Part shown: in pieces, positions 47,138 through 55,462 of the stretch | How positions within the stretch are numbered: position 1 is the stretch's first letter | Layout: every line of letters begins with the position of its first letter | Origin: Candidatus Cloacimonadota bacterium | GTDB lineage: Bacteria > Cloacimonadota > Cloacimonadia > G963667145 | DNA: 64,000 bases | Assembly: GCA_963667255.1 (NCBI GenBank) | Contig: OY762940.1 | Location: 384,001 to 448,000 of the forward strand | Direction: 5' to 3' | Program-made: the position numbers and the translations under genes | Notes under the pieces: generated by a model | The model's database searches: none | What the model was told of the DNA's origin: nothing | The model's input: the letters and a program-made list of their open reading frames with translations, nothing else

Positions 47138-48042
47138 CTATTCAAGTCCTCTATTTTGTCTTTCCAATCGTCCATAAAACCCATTTTACCAATATCTATG
47201 CAAGGGAAGTCATCAAACAGTTTTTTAACTTTATCAAAAAAATCAAATTTAGAATTGATTTTCATCAACAAATAATTTATAATCAGAACAATTATAAAAA
47301 TCCTATTATTGCAAGACCCTCTCAACTCTTTCCAATACTTTGATTTATCTGGAAGCAATGGTTTAATTCCCAACTCCCTATTCCAAACCCTAGAGTAATG
47401 AGCACACATATTTCTCACTGTCCTAAGAGAATTTAGCCAAGAAATCAAAACCTTATGATGAACACCAAACTCTTTGGCTATCTCAGACTTAAGCTCATTT
47501 GTAAAGCCACCATAAAGTAAATTTAAGTTTCCAAATGATAATAGTTCTACCCCCATCCAAAGTGGCAAAAAATCGTGATTGTCTCCATAAGTAGCAAAAA
47601 AATGTTTAACATAAATTTCGCTAGTCTTTTTGACATTCAAGAGATAATCAGAACTAAGATATTTCAAAATTCTAGTATGCTGATCCTTTCTCAATTTAGG
47701 CAAATTATTTTTGTTTATATAGGCAAAACCATCATCATATTTACGAGTAAAATGATAAGTAAACTTCATTCTAAAGCAAATTTCAAGAATTTTAATGCTT
47801 TCAAAAAGTAACAGTCTTAACTTCTTGTCAAAATTGTAAATATCAACTATTTCTTTGAAAGTAGTGCCCTCTATAAAAAAATCAGTTTCTTTGTTTTTGA
47901 AAGGAAAAGTATAACCACTTAACTTATAATAATTTACTTTGTTTAGAAAATCAATTATTTCTGATTTATCTCCCATCAAGCCTCGTGCTAACAATTTCTC
48001 GGCTTGTTGTTCTACAGACAGTGGCTTTTTAGGGTATTTCAT
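47134..48042 (-). CDS. Abi family (Abi_2/AbiD-AbiF) HEPN ribonuclease
   Basis: KKPLSVEQQ..L..RGL, NYYKLSGY, YNFDKKLR, PLWMGVELLSFG and HEPN motif RNMCAH.SRVWN. Low GC. ATG at 48042; the ORF track's extension to 48102 runs through the hairpin. Confidence 0.9.
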   Translation of the reverse strand: MKYPKKPLSVEQQAEKLLARGLMGDKSEIIDFLNKVNYYKLSGYTFPFKNKETDFFIEGTTFKEIVDIYNFDKKLRLLLFESIKILEICFRMKFTYHFTRKYDDGFAYINKNNLPKLRKDQHTRILKYLSSDYLLNVKKTSEIYVKHFFATYGDNHDFLPLWMGVELLSFGNLNLLYGGFTNELKSEIAKEFGVHHKVLISWLNSLRTVRNMCAHYSRVWNRELGIKPLLPDKSKYWKELRGSCNNRIFIIVLIINYLLMKINSKFDFFDKVKKLFDDFPCIDIGKMGFMDDWKDKIEDLNR

Positions 48043-48047
48043 AAAAT

Positions 48048-48091
48048 AAAAAAACCCATCGAGTAAGCTACATAAATGTAGCCCGACGGGT
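48048..48091 (-). ncRNA. Structured leader RNA upstream of the abi gene, candidate abiF-type antitoxin or attenuator
   Basis: Minus strand ACCCGTCG-GGCTACAT-TT-ATGTAGCT-TACT-CGATGGGT followed by a U tract: a bulged hairpin between TTGACA (48130-48125) and the ATG. Confidence 0.65.
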
Positions 48092-48149
48092 ATGATAAGC
48101 ACAAATCATTCTTATCTTGCTTTGTGTCAACAAAAATCTTCATTATTCC

Positions 48150-49649
48150 CTATAAATATATATCCCGATTGCCTTTCGCTGTCTCTTCGTAATTCTTGAG
48201 GAACAGTTCGAGGAGGTTATGCTCTTGGAAAAATGGTGTTTTCTTAATCTCCTCAATCTCTTTGGCAATAACAGCTTCTCCGGCTTTTTTCGTCTCCTCA
48301 CTGGCATAATCGTCCAAAAACTCTCTGAAAGTTAAAACGGCGTTGAGTTTGCAAAACTTCCCCTCAGTGCAACTCCGCAAAAGCCCCATTATCTTGTCTC
48401 CCGTGCGACCACATCTGTAGCCCGCAGTGCAAAACGAACTGATATAACCCATCTTCGCATATTCGCCAACAGTGTAGTCCAAAGACGCTTGATCGCCAAG
48501 CGTGAACTGCACTTTGTCGGGATTTTCCTCTTGCAACTGGCTGGCACTATAAGCTCCAACTCCTATCTTGGAAGAGGCGTCCGTCTGCGTGCAACCAATC
48601 TGTATCATCTCCTTGCGGATGTGCTCTGGCTCTCTGGCGGTAACTATCATCCCCGTGTAAGGCACGGAAAGACGAAGAATTGCCACGATTTTTTTGAAAT
48701 CCTCATCGCTCACCAAATACTTGGAATTTTTGCTCATCTCCGCACCGAGAGCCTCTTTAAGCCGTGGAAACGAGATTGTATGAGGACCTATGCCCGTCTG
48801 TCTCTCCAAATCCAAGGCGTGATAAACCAGACCCATCACCTCAAATCGCCAGTCGTAAAGCCCGAACAACGCACCAATCGCCATATCGTCGATACCCGCA
48901 TCCATCGCTCTGTGCATAGCGTAGAGCCTCCAGCGATAATTCCCCTTAATCGTGTTCGCAGGATGCAATTTGGCGTAAGTCTCTTTGTGATAAGTCTCTT
49001 GGAAAACCTGATAAGTCCCGATTCCCGAAGCTTTCAATTTTTTCAAATCAGCGATGCACATCGGAGCGGCGTTGATATTCACTCGTCTTATCGCATTCTC
49101 GCCATTGCCCTTGGGAGTCTTCCGCTTCACACTGTAAATCGTCTTCACCGTGTCCACGATGTAGTTTATATCCGACTTGGGATGCTCTCCAAAAACCAAA
49201 ATCAACCGCTTGTGCCCCTCGTCAACCACAGCAGCAGTCTCGTTCTTGACCTCATCCATAGTAAGGATTTTACGCGTTTCCTGACAATTATCCGACCGAA
49301 ATCCGCAATAAGCACAATTGTTGACACACAAGTTCGCAGCATAAAGAGGAGCGAAAAATACCACCCGATTGTCATAAACCTTTCTCTTAATCTCGCCCGC
49401 AGCCTTATAAATTTTCTTCCAAAGTTTTTCGTCTTTCAAGTTGATAAGTTTCGCCGTCTCATTGGGAGTTAAAGTTTGGATGCTCAGAGACTTATCAATT
49501 ATCGCCAAAATCTCCTCTTCGCTGGGATTTGCTCCATCGTCAATCTGCTTCCAAATCTTGTCCTCATCTATAAAATCTTTGCCCTCAAGCAAAAATTTAT
49601 CAATCTCATCTTGCTTAATAACGCTGTCGCACCAATCTTTTACATTCAT
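48150..49649 (-). CDS. hydG: [FeFe]-hydrogenase maturase HydG (radical SAM tyrosine lyase)
   Basis: FAPLY.ANLCVNNCAYC, GHKRL, FQETYH, GPHTISFPR and C-terminal SFCTAGYRCGRTG...KFCKLNA; GGAGG RBS. Confidence 0.95.
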   Translation of the reverse strand: MNVKDWCDSVIKQDEIDKFLLEGKDFIDEDKIWKQIDDGANPSEEEILAIIDKSLSIQTLTPNETAKLINLKDEKLWKKIYKAAGEIKRKVYDNRVVFFAPLYAANLCVNNCAYCGFRSDNCQETRKILTMDEVKNETAAVVDEGHKRLILVFGEHPKSDINYIVDTVKTIYSVKRKTPKGNGENAIRRVNINAAPMCIADLKKLKASGIGTYQVFQETYHKETYAKLHPANTIKGNYRWRLYAMHRAMDAGIDDMAIGALFGLYDWRFEVMGLVYHALDLERQTGIGPHTISFPRLKEALGAEMSKNSKYLVSDEDFKKIVAILRLSVPYTGMIVTAREPEHIRKEMIQIGCTQTDASSKIGVGAYSASQLQEENPDKVQFTLGDQASLDYTVGEYAKMGYISSFCTAGYRCGRTGDKIMGLLRSCTEGKFCKLNAVLTFREFLDDYASEETKKAGEAVIAKEIEEIKKTPFFQEHNLLELFLKNYEETAKGNRDIYL

Positions 49650-49824
49650 CTGAAACCTCCCAAATCTTTCTCGTTACCAACTCTTCCTATCACAAAAACA
49701 ACTCGCCATTTGTCAAGCCATTAATAATATCTAACGCTTTATAAACTTCTTAGGAAAAATTATTTGTTGACAAAAAATATAAACATATTTAAAAAACCAC
49801 AAATAAAATTTAAGGAGAAGTCGA

Positions 49825-50310
49825 ATGAAAAAATTTCTAAAAACTCTAATATATCTCTTGCCTTTACTCATAATAATTGCAGGATGTGATTTACCCTTCG
49901 GTAACGATGACGACGATGACAAAAATAGCACTACTTCAGTCGAAGGAACATGGATTAAAACCAATAACACAGGGAACAATAGTTTAAAAAGAATTCTTAG
50001 CGGAACTAGTTATTATTATTTAGAACTAACCTATAATACTACTCAAACAAACACTTACACAGAGTCGGAATGTTACGGAACCTTTTCAACTAATACCAGT
50101 TCATCCCCCAAAACAATTACTATCACCTACAACAGAATTCGAACAAGAGTCACTACCAACGGAACAACTGCTGACTGGTCAAGTTGGACAACTATAACAA
50201 ATGATGTAGCAACAAGATACTATAAACTTGAAAACAACTATTGGTACACCGTACCAACTTCAGACTATGATGCAAGTTGGTCTAAAGCACAAATATTTAG
50301 AAAACAATAA
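49825..50310 (+). CDS. Hypothetical Thr-rich lipoprotein (possible lipocalin-like beta barrel)
   Basis: TTGACA, AAGGAG RBS, signal peptide with lipobox IIAGC, acidic linker, VEGTW motif and its own terminator. Confidence 0.8.
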   Translation: MKKFLKTLIYLLPLLIIIAGCDLPFGNDDDDDKNSTTSVEGTWIKTNNTGNNSLKRILSGTSYYYLELTYNTTQTNTYTESECYGTFSTNTSSSPKTITITYNRIRTRVTTNGTTADWSSWTTITNDVATRYYKLENNYWYTVPTSDYDASWSKAQIFRKQ

Positions 50311-50328
50311 ATTTAGTTTGTTATGACG

Positions 50329-50359
50329 AAAGGGAATAGAAAATTCTGTTCCCTTTTTT
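50329..50359. terminator. Intrinsic terminator between convergent genes
   Basis: AAAGGGAATAGAA-AA-TTCTGTTCCCTTTTTT hairpin with T tail. Confidence 0.8.
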
Positions 50360-50364
50360 ATTCC

Positions 50365-51627
50365 TCAAAAATACCTCAGCATAATATACAAATGCGAGAT
50401 TGCCAAAAGAAACAAAGTAATTGGGATTCCGTATTTTAGAAATCTGCCAAAGCTGATTTTGTTGCCGGTTTTGGCTGCCATATTTGCCACGATGATATTT
50501 GCCGAAGCCCCTATCAGAGAGCCGTTTCCGCCAAGGCACGAGCCGATGGACAAAGCCCACCAAAGTCCGTTATTGCCCGAAGAATTGAGATGAACCTGCA
50601 CATCTTGCAAAAGCGGAATCATCGTTGCCACAAAAGGAATATTGTCCACAACAGCGGAAGCAATGCCCGAAAACCACAAAAGCACCTGAGCGGTAAACTG
50701 CAAATTGCCGTGAGTGAAAGCCAGCATCTTACTGCTGACAAGGGAGATAGCTCCCACTTCCACAAGTCCACCAACCATAATAAAAAGCCCCGAGAAGAAG
50801 AAAATGCTCGACCATTCCACTTTGCGAAAAATCGACTCCGCCTCGGTTTTGCCGATAATCATCAAGACGGAAGCCCCCGTCATCGCAATGGTGGCAGCCT
50901 CCAAATCCACAAATCCGTGAATGGCGAAACCCAAAATTACCAAAGCCAAAACCCAAAGCGACTTGAACAAAAGCTTGGTGTCCTTGATAGACATCCGCTC
51001 GTCAAAAGCCATAATTCTCGCCTTGTCCTCGTTGCTCACTCGCATCTGCTTGGCAAAGAGAAAATAGAAAATCACCGAGACCAAAATCAGTTGCACAACT
51101 ATGAGCGGAGCGACATTGAACACAAAATCCATAAACGACAAACCGGCGGCACTTCCTATCATAATGTTCGGCGGGTCGCCTATGAGAGTGGCTGTTCCTC
51201 CGATGTTGGAGGCGAAAATCTGCGAGAGTAGAAATGGAAGCGGGGAAATTCGCAACTCCTCAGCTATCAAAACCGAGACCGGAGTGATGAGCAAAACCGT
51301 GGTTATATTGTCCAAAAGTGCCGAAAAAACCGCCGTAATCATAAAAAGCATAATCAATATCTTTACCGGAGATCCGCCCACTGATTTTGCCAGTTTTATC
51401 GCCACAAACTCAAAAACACCCGTTCGCTCCACCGTGCTAACCAACACCATCATACTTATCAGCAGGACAATCACATTGAAATCGATGTGTCCCATCGCCG
51501 TTTCTTGAGGCAAAATATGCAAAATCAACATCAACGAAGCACCGAGGAGAGCCACCAAAGTTTTGTTGATTTTTTCCCAAGCTATCATCAAATATGACAA
51601 AACAAAAATCGTTATCGCACCCGCCAT
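50365..51627 (-). CDS. ArsB/NhaD-family (SLC13-like) ion permease
   Basis: SALLDNITTVLL, ASNIGGTATLIGDPPNIMI, SAVVDNIPF and LGGNGSLIGASAN motifs. Confidence 0.9.
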   Translation of the reverse strand: MAGAITIFVLSYLMIAWEKINKTLVALLGASLMLILHILPQETAMGHIDFNVIVLLISMMVLVSTVERTGVFEFVAIKLAKSVGGSPVKILIMLFMITAVFSALLDNITTVLLITPVSVLIAEELRISPLPFLLSQIFASNIGGTATLIGDPPNIMIGSAAGLSFMDFVFNVAPLIVVQLILVSVIFYFLFAKQMRVSNEDKARIMAFDERMSIKDTKLLFKSLWVLALVILGFAIHGFVDLEAATIAMTGASVLMIIGKTEAESIFRKVEWSSIFFFSGLFIMVGGLVEVGAISLVSSKMLAFTHGNLQFTAQVLLWFSGIASAVVDNIPFVATMIPLLQDVQVHLNSSGNNGLWWALSIGSCLGGNGSLIGASANIIVANMAAKTGNKISFGRFLKYGIPITLFLLAISHLYIMLRYF

Positions 51628-51628
51628 T

Positions 51629-52525
51629 TTATGCCCTCAACACCTTGCTGACAAAAGACCTGTCGCTCAACACCGCCAAAGGTTTGCCCTGCTCATCGAC
51701 CACCGTGAGATGATGCCAGCCGTTTTTGAGCATCTTAAATCCCACTTGCAAAACCTGCTCATTTTCCCTGACAATCCGCAACTTGTCGTCAGAACAAATA
51801 TCGCCGACTTTCAGAGTTTTTTCCATCTGATGAAACTTCTCAAAGCTACGACTGGTGGACATAAAGCTAAGCGTGGACATCAAAAATGAAGACTTGGGGT
51901 AAGCCGCTCTGATGATGTCAAAAGCGTCCAACTTGCCAACATAACACCCTTTTTCATCGACAACCGGCAAATATTTCAGTGACTTTTCTTTCATCTTATC
52001 CACAGCCTCCGCCACACTATCGCCCTTTTGCACGGTCAAAACCGCTTCGGGATTGATAATATCCGAAATAAGCAAACTCTTATCGACATCCAAATCCAAG
52101 CTCTTTATGAGCTCAATCAACTGACGAGGAGCTTTGCAATCGCGGATTTTCGCCTGATGTCTCTGCACGATTTTGGCAAAAGAAGCTAGCACCATCAGAT
52201 AGCGGTTGCTACCCGAATTGGAAGTCAAAGTGCAATAAAAAACATCAGCCTTTTTGCCCGCAAAATCGATGGGCTTTTTGGTCTTAACCAAAGAGATGAT
52301 GAGGTCTTCAAAGCCTTCTATCCTGCCGTGCGGCACGGAACTGCCATCGGGGAAAACCACATAACCAAGCTTTTCTCTCTCCAAAAAAGCGTCCAAAATT
52401 TCCTGTTTGGACAGAGAAAACATCTTTTCAATTTGGGCGGAAATCATCTCATACATCTGCAAAGAGTTAGCGACATCCACATCCCAAAAAATCAACTCCG
52501 AATTAAGCAAATTATCTAATTTCAT
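51629..52525 (-). CDS. PTS EIIA(Fru/Ntr-type) domain fused to a CBS pair
   Basis: LEREKLG...SVPHGR (EIIA phospho-His); C-terminal AVDKMKEKSLKYLPVVD and HHLTVVD CBS motifs. Confidence 0.82.
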   Translation of the reverse strand: MKLDNLLNSELIFWDVDVANSLQMYEMISAQIEKMFSLSKQEILDAFLEREKLGYVVFPDGSSVPHGRIEGFEDLIISLVKTKKPIDFAGKKADVFYCTLTSNSGSNRYLMVLASFAKIVQRHQAKIRDCKAPRQLIELIKSLDLDVDKSLLISDIINPEAVLTVQKGDSVAEAVDKMKEKSLKYLPVVDEKGCYVGKLDAFDIIRAAYPKSSFLMSTLSFMSTSRSFEKFHQMEKTLKVGDICSDDKLRIVRENEQVLQVGFKMLKNGWHHLTVVDEQGKPLAVLSDRSFVSKVLRA

Positions 52526-52546
52526 CTTAATCCCATCCTTATTTAT

Positions 52547-53284
52547 TTAAAACTCCAACACCAATTTAACGATGCTCATTACCATCGCCACGACCAGCAA
52601 AATCTTGGCAAAACCCTCACCTTTTTTGATAGCAATACTGCAAGAAGCATACGAGCCGAGCAATCCGCCAATCACCAGAGCCGGTGCATAGTGCCAACAA
52701 ATCTTGCCATGATAAGCCAAAATAGCCACTCCCACGATGTTATACAACATAATTATCACGAGCTTATTGGCATTCGCCGAAATCAAATCCAGATTTTTTA
52801 CCATACCCAAACCCGCAAGGAGCAAAAGCCCGGCTCCCACTTGCACAAATCCGCCGTAAAAACCGATGGCTACGAAAATCACAATCTGCAACCAGACCGG
52901 AAATTCCTTGTGTGTCAGCCCATTTTTTTGTCGCAAAATCACAAACAAAGCCACAAAAACAATCACTCCGGCAAGAGCATAGTCGAAAATCTCCTTGGGA
53001 ATGTTCGCCGAAACTTGAGTTCCGAGCAGGCTCCCTATGAAAATCGGCACAAATATCCGCCAATCAAACTCGATTTTCTTGTGCTTGCGGTGCAGAATGC
53101 TCGCTCCCAAAAGCGATTGACAAACCAAAGCAACCCGAAAGGTAGAAATAGCAACGATGGAAGGAATGTCGATAAACAGCATCGCCGTGATCACCACGAT
53201 AGAGCCAGCACCAGCCATCACATTGATGAACGAAGCCACAAAAGAGGCAGCCACCAACAACAAATTAATCCAAAGTTCTTCCAT
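52547..53284 (-). CDS. Sulfite exporter TauE/SafE family membrane protein
   Basis: ASFINVMAGAGS and GFYGGFVQVGAG repeats, ANANK, multiple TM segments. Confidence 0.88.
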   Translation of the reverse strand: MEELWINLLLVAASFVASFINVMAGAGSIVVITAMLFIDIPSIVAISTFRVALVCQSLLGASILHRKHKKIEFDWRIFVPIFIGSLLGTQVSANIPKEIFDYALAGVIVFVALFVILRQKNGLTHKEFPVWLQIVIFVAIGFYGGFVQVGAGLLLLAGLGMVKNLDLISANANKLVIIMLYNIVGVAILAYHGKICWHYAPALVIGGLLGSYASCSIAIKKGEGFAKILLVVAMVMSIVKLVLEF

Positions 53285-53395
53285 TTATGATTGTTCCTAA
53301 AGCTTTTAAATTCTTAAACTACAATTTAACAACTCGCTCCCCAGCTCCAGACAAGCAACCATTTATTTCCTGTGCTAATGTCCCACAAGCCCCAA

Positions 53396-53419
53396 CTGGA
53401 TTCCCGCTTTCGCGGGAAA
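53396..53419. repeat. dRS3/RPE-like palindromic repeat remnant
   Basis: CTGGATTCCCGCTTTCGCGGGAAA matches ATTCCC-N8-GGGAAT with one mismatch; a GC-rich hairpin in an AT-rich spacer. Confidence 0.55.
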
Positions 53420-53464
53420 GAGGGCGAGATATATCTTTTTCATTCTTTGTTCTCGTTCCCAAGC

Positions 53465-55372
53465 TCATTTTCGCCTTGTGTAATGTCGCAAAGAAGTAAC
53501 CAACTGATAACCCAAAAATACAGAAAACAGTTTGAATAGGATAAAAGGAAATGTAGCTACTTGCTTTCCACAATGTAAAATACCTTCAGTATTGAAAGGA
53601 TTGATAAAACTTAAAAATTCTTTTTCTTTTTGAAAATAATGAACAACATAGATTAAAACAATAAAAGACAAAACGACAAAAGGCAAATAAACAAATAAAT
53701 TGATAGAACCTTTTAAAAATTTTTTGTCTAATGACAAATTCTTTGTCCCTAAATAACCAGTAAAAAATACTATCAGAGAAAGAACTCCTAAAACAATACT
53801 TAACTTAATAACTTTATTGTAATTGCAAAAATTATAATATAATAAAATCCCCAGAAAAAGCAAAAATAAATTCAAAGTCAAATATAGAAAGTAAATCCCC
53901 CTTCGATAAGCAAATTTTAAATTCATAAAGTGTTTGCTTTTCGAAATAAGAAAAATAAAAATTAGTATTGAACTAAAAAATAAAATTATAGGGTATCTAT
54001 AAAAATCTATATTTTTTTTTATCAAGAAATCAAAGTTATAAAAAAAGAGTCCTATAGCAAAATACCAAAAAAAAGGTAACATCCAATTTTGAGAAAAATT
54101 AGACACCAATTTCCCAAACGAAAAGACTAGACCTTGACTTATTGATTTTTTCTGCCAAAAATACTCATTCATTTCCAAAGAGTAAAAAACATTCGCATCG
54201 ATTATATTCCCCTGCAAATCGTTCACATGTTTCAATTGTCTCAAAGTATCTCTTGTCGCCTTTTCAAGTCTATACCCAAGATTTTCTCCCCAATTAACCC
54301 CATTAAAAATAGAGTTGCCGTTAGAGCCTATAAAAGAAGCATTTTCCAAATTAATTTCTTTTGCCTTAGATACATCAAAGTTATTAAATTCAACTCTTGA
54401 CAAATTACTATGATAAAAAGACAATTTTGAGTTTACACAAACATCTGTAAGTCTAAAAATTTTTGCAGAATTAGTAAAATATGCTAATTTAAAACTATCA
54501 ACGGCAACATTCTCTATAAAAACACTTCCATTTTCTTCAAAAGTAGGATTAGAAAAGATTATTTCACTTCTTTTATGTTTCTCTTCATTCTCATAATCTT
54601 CCATTATGTAGGTATTCGCTTTAAATTTGCAATCATCAAAGAAAACAGAATTAAAGTAAAACCAATTATTTTCCTCAAAAGTAACTTTTTGAAATTTCAC
54701 ATTTAGTTCTCGAATCTCTTTTGAGAAAAAAGGTTCAAAACTATTCCCTATATTTAAAACAGAACCATTAATAGATTTTGCTCCATTCAAGATTAAAACG
54801 CATATTTCTTTGTCTTTCAAACAAAGTGAAGAATCTTTATAAAAAGAAGATTCTCTAAAAAATAACTTTGAACATTTAATATCAAGAATAGAAACTTCAT
54901 CAAGAAAAATAGCTTTGTTAAATAGTAAATTGCTAAAAATACTGTTTTGGAAAAATATCTTTTCCTTAAACTTACATTCGCTAAAGCTAACACTATCATT
55001 AAATTTTACAAAAATATCATTGGTTTCACTAAAAGAAAAATCACTATAAAAAAAAGCTCCCTTAAAATTGAAAGATTTATTAAATTCGTTAACATCTATA
55101 AGTGTAGAAGGGTGGATATAAGAAAAAATAGAACCCCTTGTCTTTGGAAAAATAATGCCTGTAAAATCATGTTCTTTTACATTATCATTAGTTTCGTTTT
55201 TTGCTAACTCTTCTCTAAATTTATCCCAAAACTTTTTACATTTCTCTTCAGATTTACTCCAATCCCTATTTCCTTTATTGTCTTTTATATACCAATCTGT
55301 CTTCTCACAATGGAAGATACACTTATCTCCCTCGTAAACCTCGCTTCCACACCAACATTTATCTTCGGGCAT
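53465..55372 (-). CDS. Low-GC hypothetical membrane protein with N-terminal Cys/His motif and pentapeptide-like repeats
   Basis: CWC...KCIFHCEK, many F-x4 repeats (FSECKFKEKIFFQNSIF), RQLK...GNIIDANVFYSLEM, SNFSQNWMLP and a hydrophobic C-terminus; GGGAG RBS. Confidence 0.75.
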   Translation of the reverse strand: MPEDKCWCGSEVYEGDKCIFHCEKTDWYIKDNKGNRDWSKSEEKCKKFWDKFREELAKNETNDNVKEHDFTGIIFPKTRGSIFSYIHPSTLIDVNEFNKSFNFKGAFFYSDFSFSETNDIFVKFNDSVSFSECKFKEKIFFQNSIFSNLLFNKAIFLDEVSILDIKCSKLFFRESSFYKDSSLCLKDKEICVLILNGAKSINGSVLNIGNSFEPFFSKEIRELNVKFQKVTFEENNWFYFNSVFFDDCKFKANTYIMEDYENEEKHKRSEIIFSNPTFEENGSVFIENVAVDSFKLAYFTNSAKIFRLTDVCVNSKLSFYHSNLSRVEFNNFDVSKAKEINLENASFIGSNGNSIFNGVNWGENLGYRLEKATRDTLRQLKHVNDLQGNIIDANVFYSLEMNEYFWQKKSISQGLVFSFGKLVSNFSQNWMLPFFWYFAIGLFFYNFDFLIKKNIDFYRYPIILFFSSILIFIFLISKSKHFMNLKFAYRRGIYFLYLTLNLFLLFLGILLYYNFCNYNKVIKLSIVLGVLSLIVFFTGYLGTKNLSLDKKFLKGSINLFVYLPFVVLSFIVLIYVVHYFQKEKEFLSFINPFNTEGILHCGKQVATFPFILFKLFSVFLGYQLVTSLRHYTRRK

Positions 55373-55399
55373 TCTATTCTCCCTGCTCCTTTGTCCTCA

Positions 55400-55434
55400 A
55401 ATTATCAATCATCCATTGTCAATTATCAATTACT
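55400..55434. repeat. Heptanucleotide tandem repeat (AATTATC-like x5)
   Basis: AATTATC AATCATC CATTGTC AATTATC AATTACT, followed by the hairpin ACTATGCTC-TT-GGGCATAGT. Confidence 0.6.
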
Positions 55435-55462
55435 ATGCTCTTGGGCATAGTCAAGCACAACT

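Noticed and set aside
48489..49472. 327-aa plus-strand ORF (similarly 38362-39111, 33687-34349, 30667-31383)
   Set aside because: These are antisense to well-supported genes (hydG, metG, htrA-like, hydF) and lack protein-like motifs.
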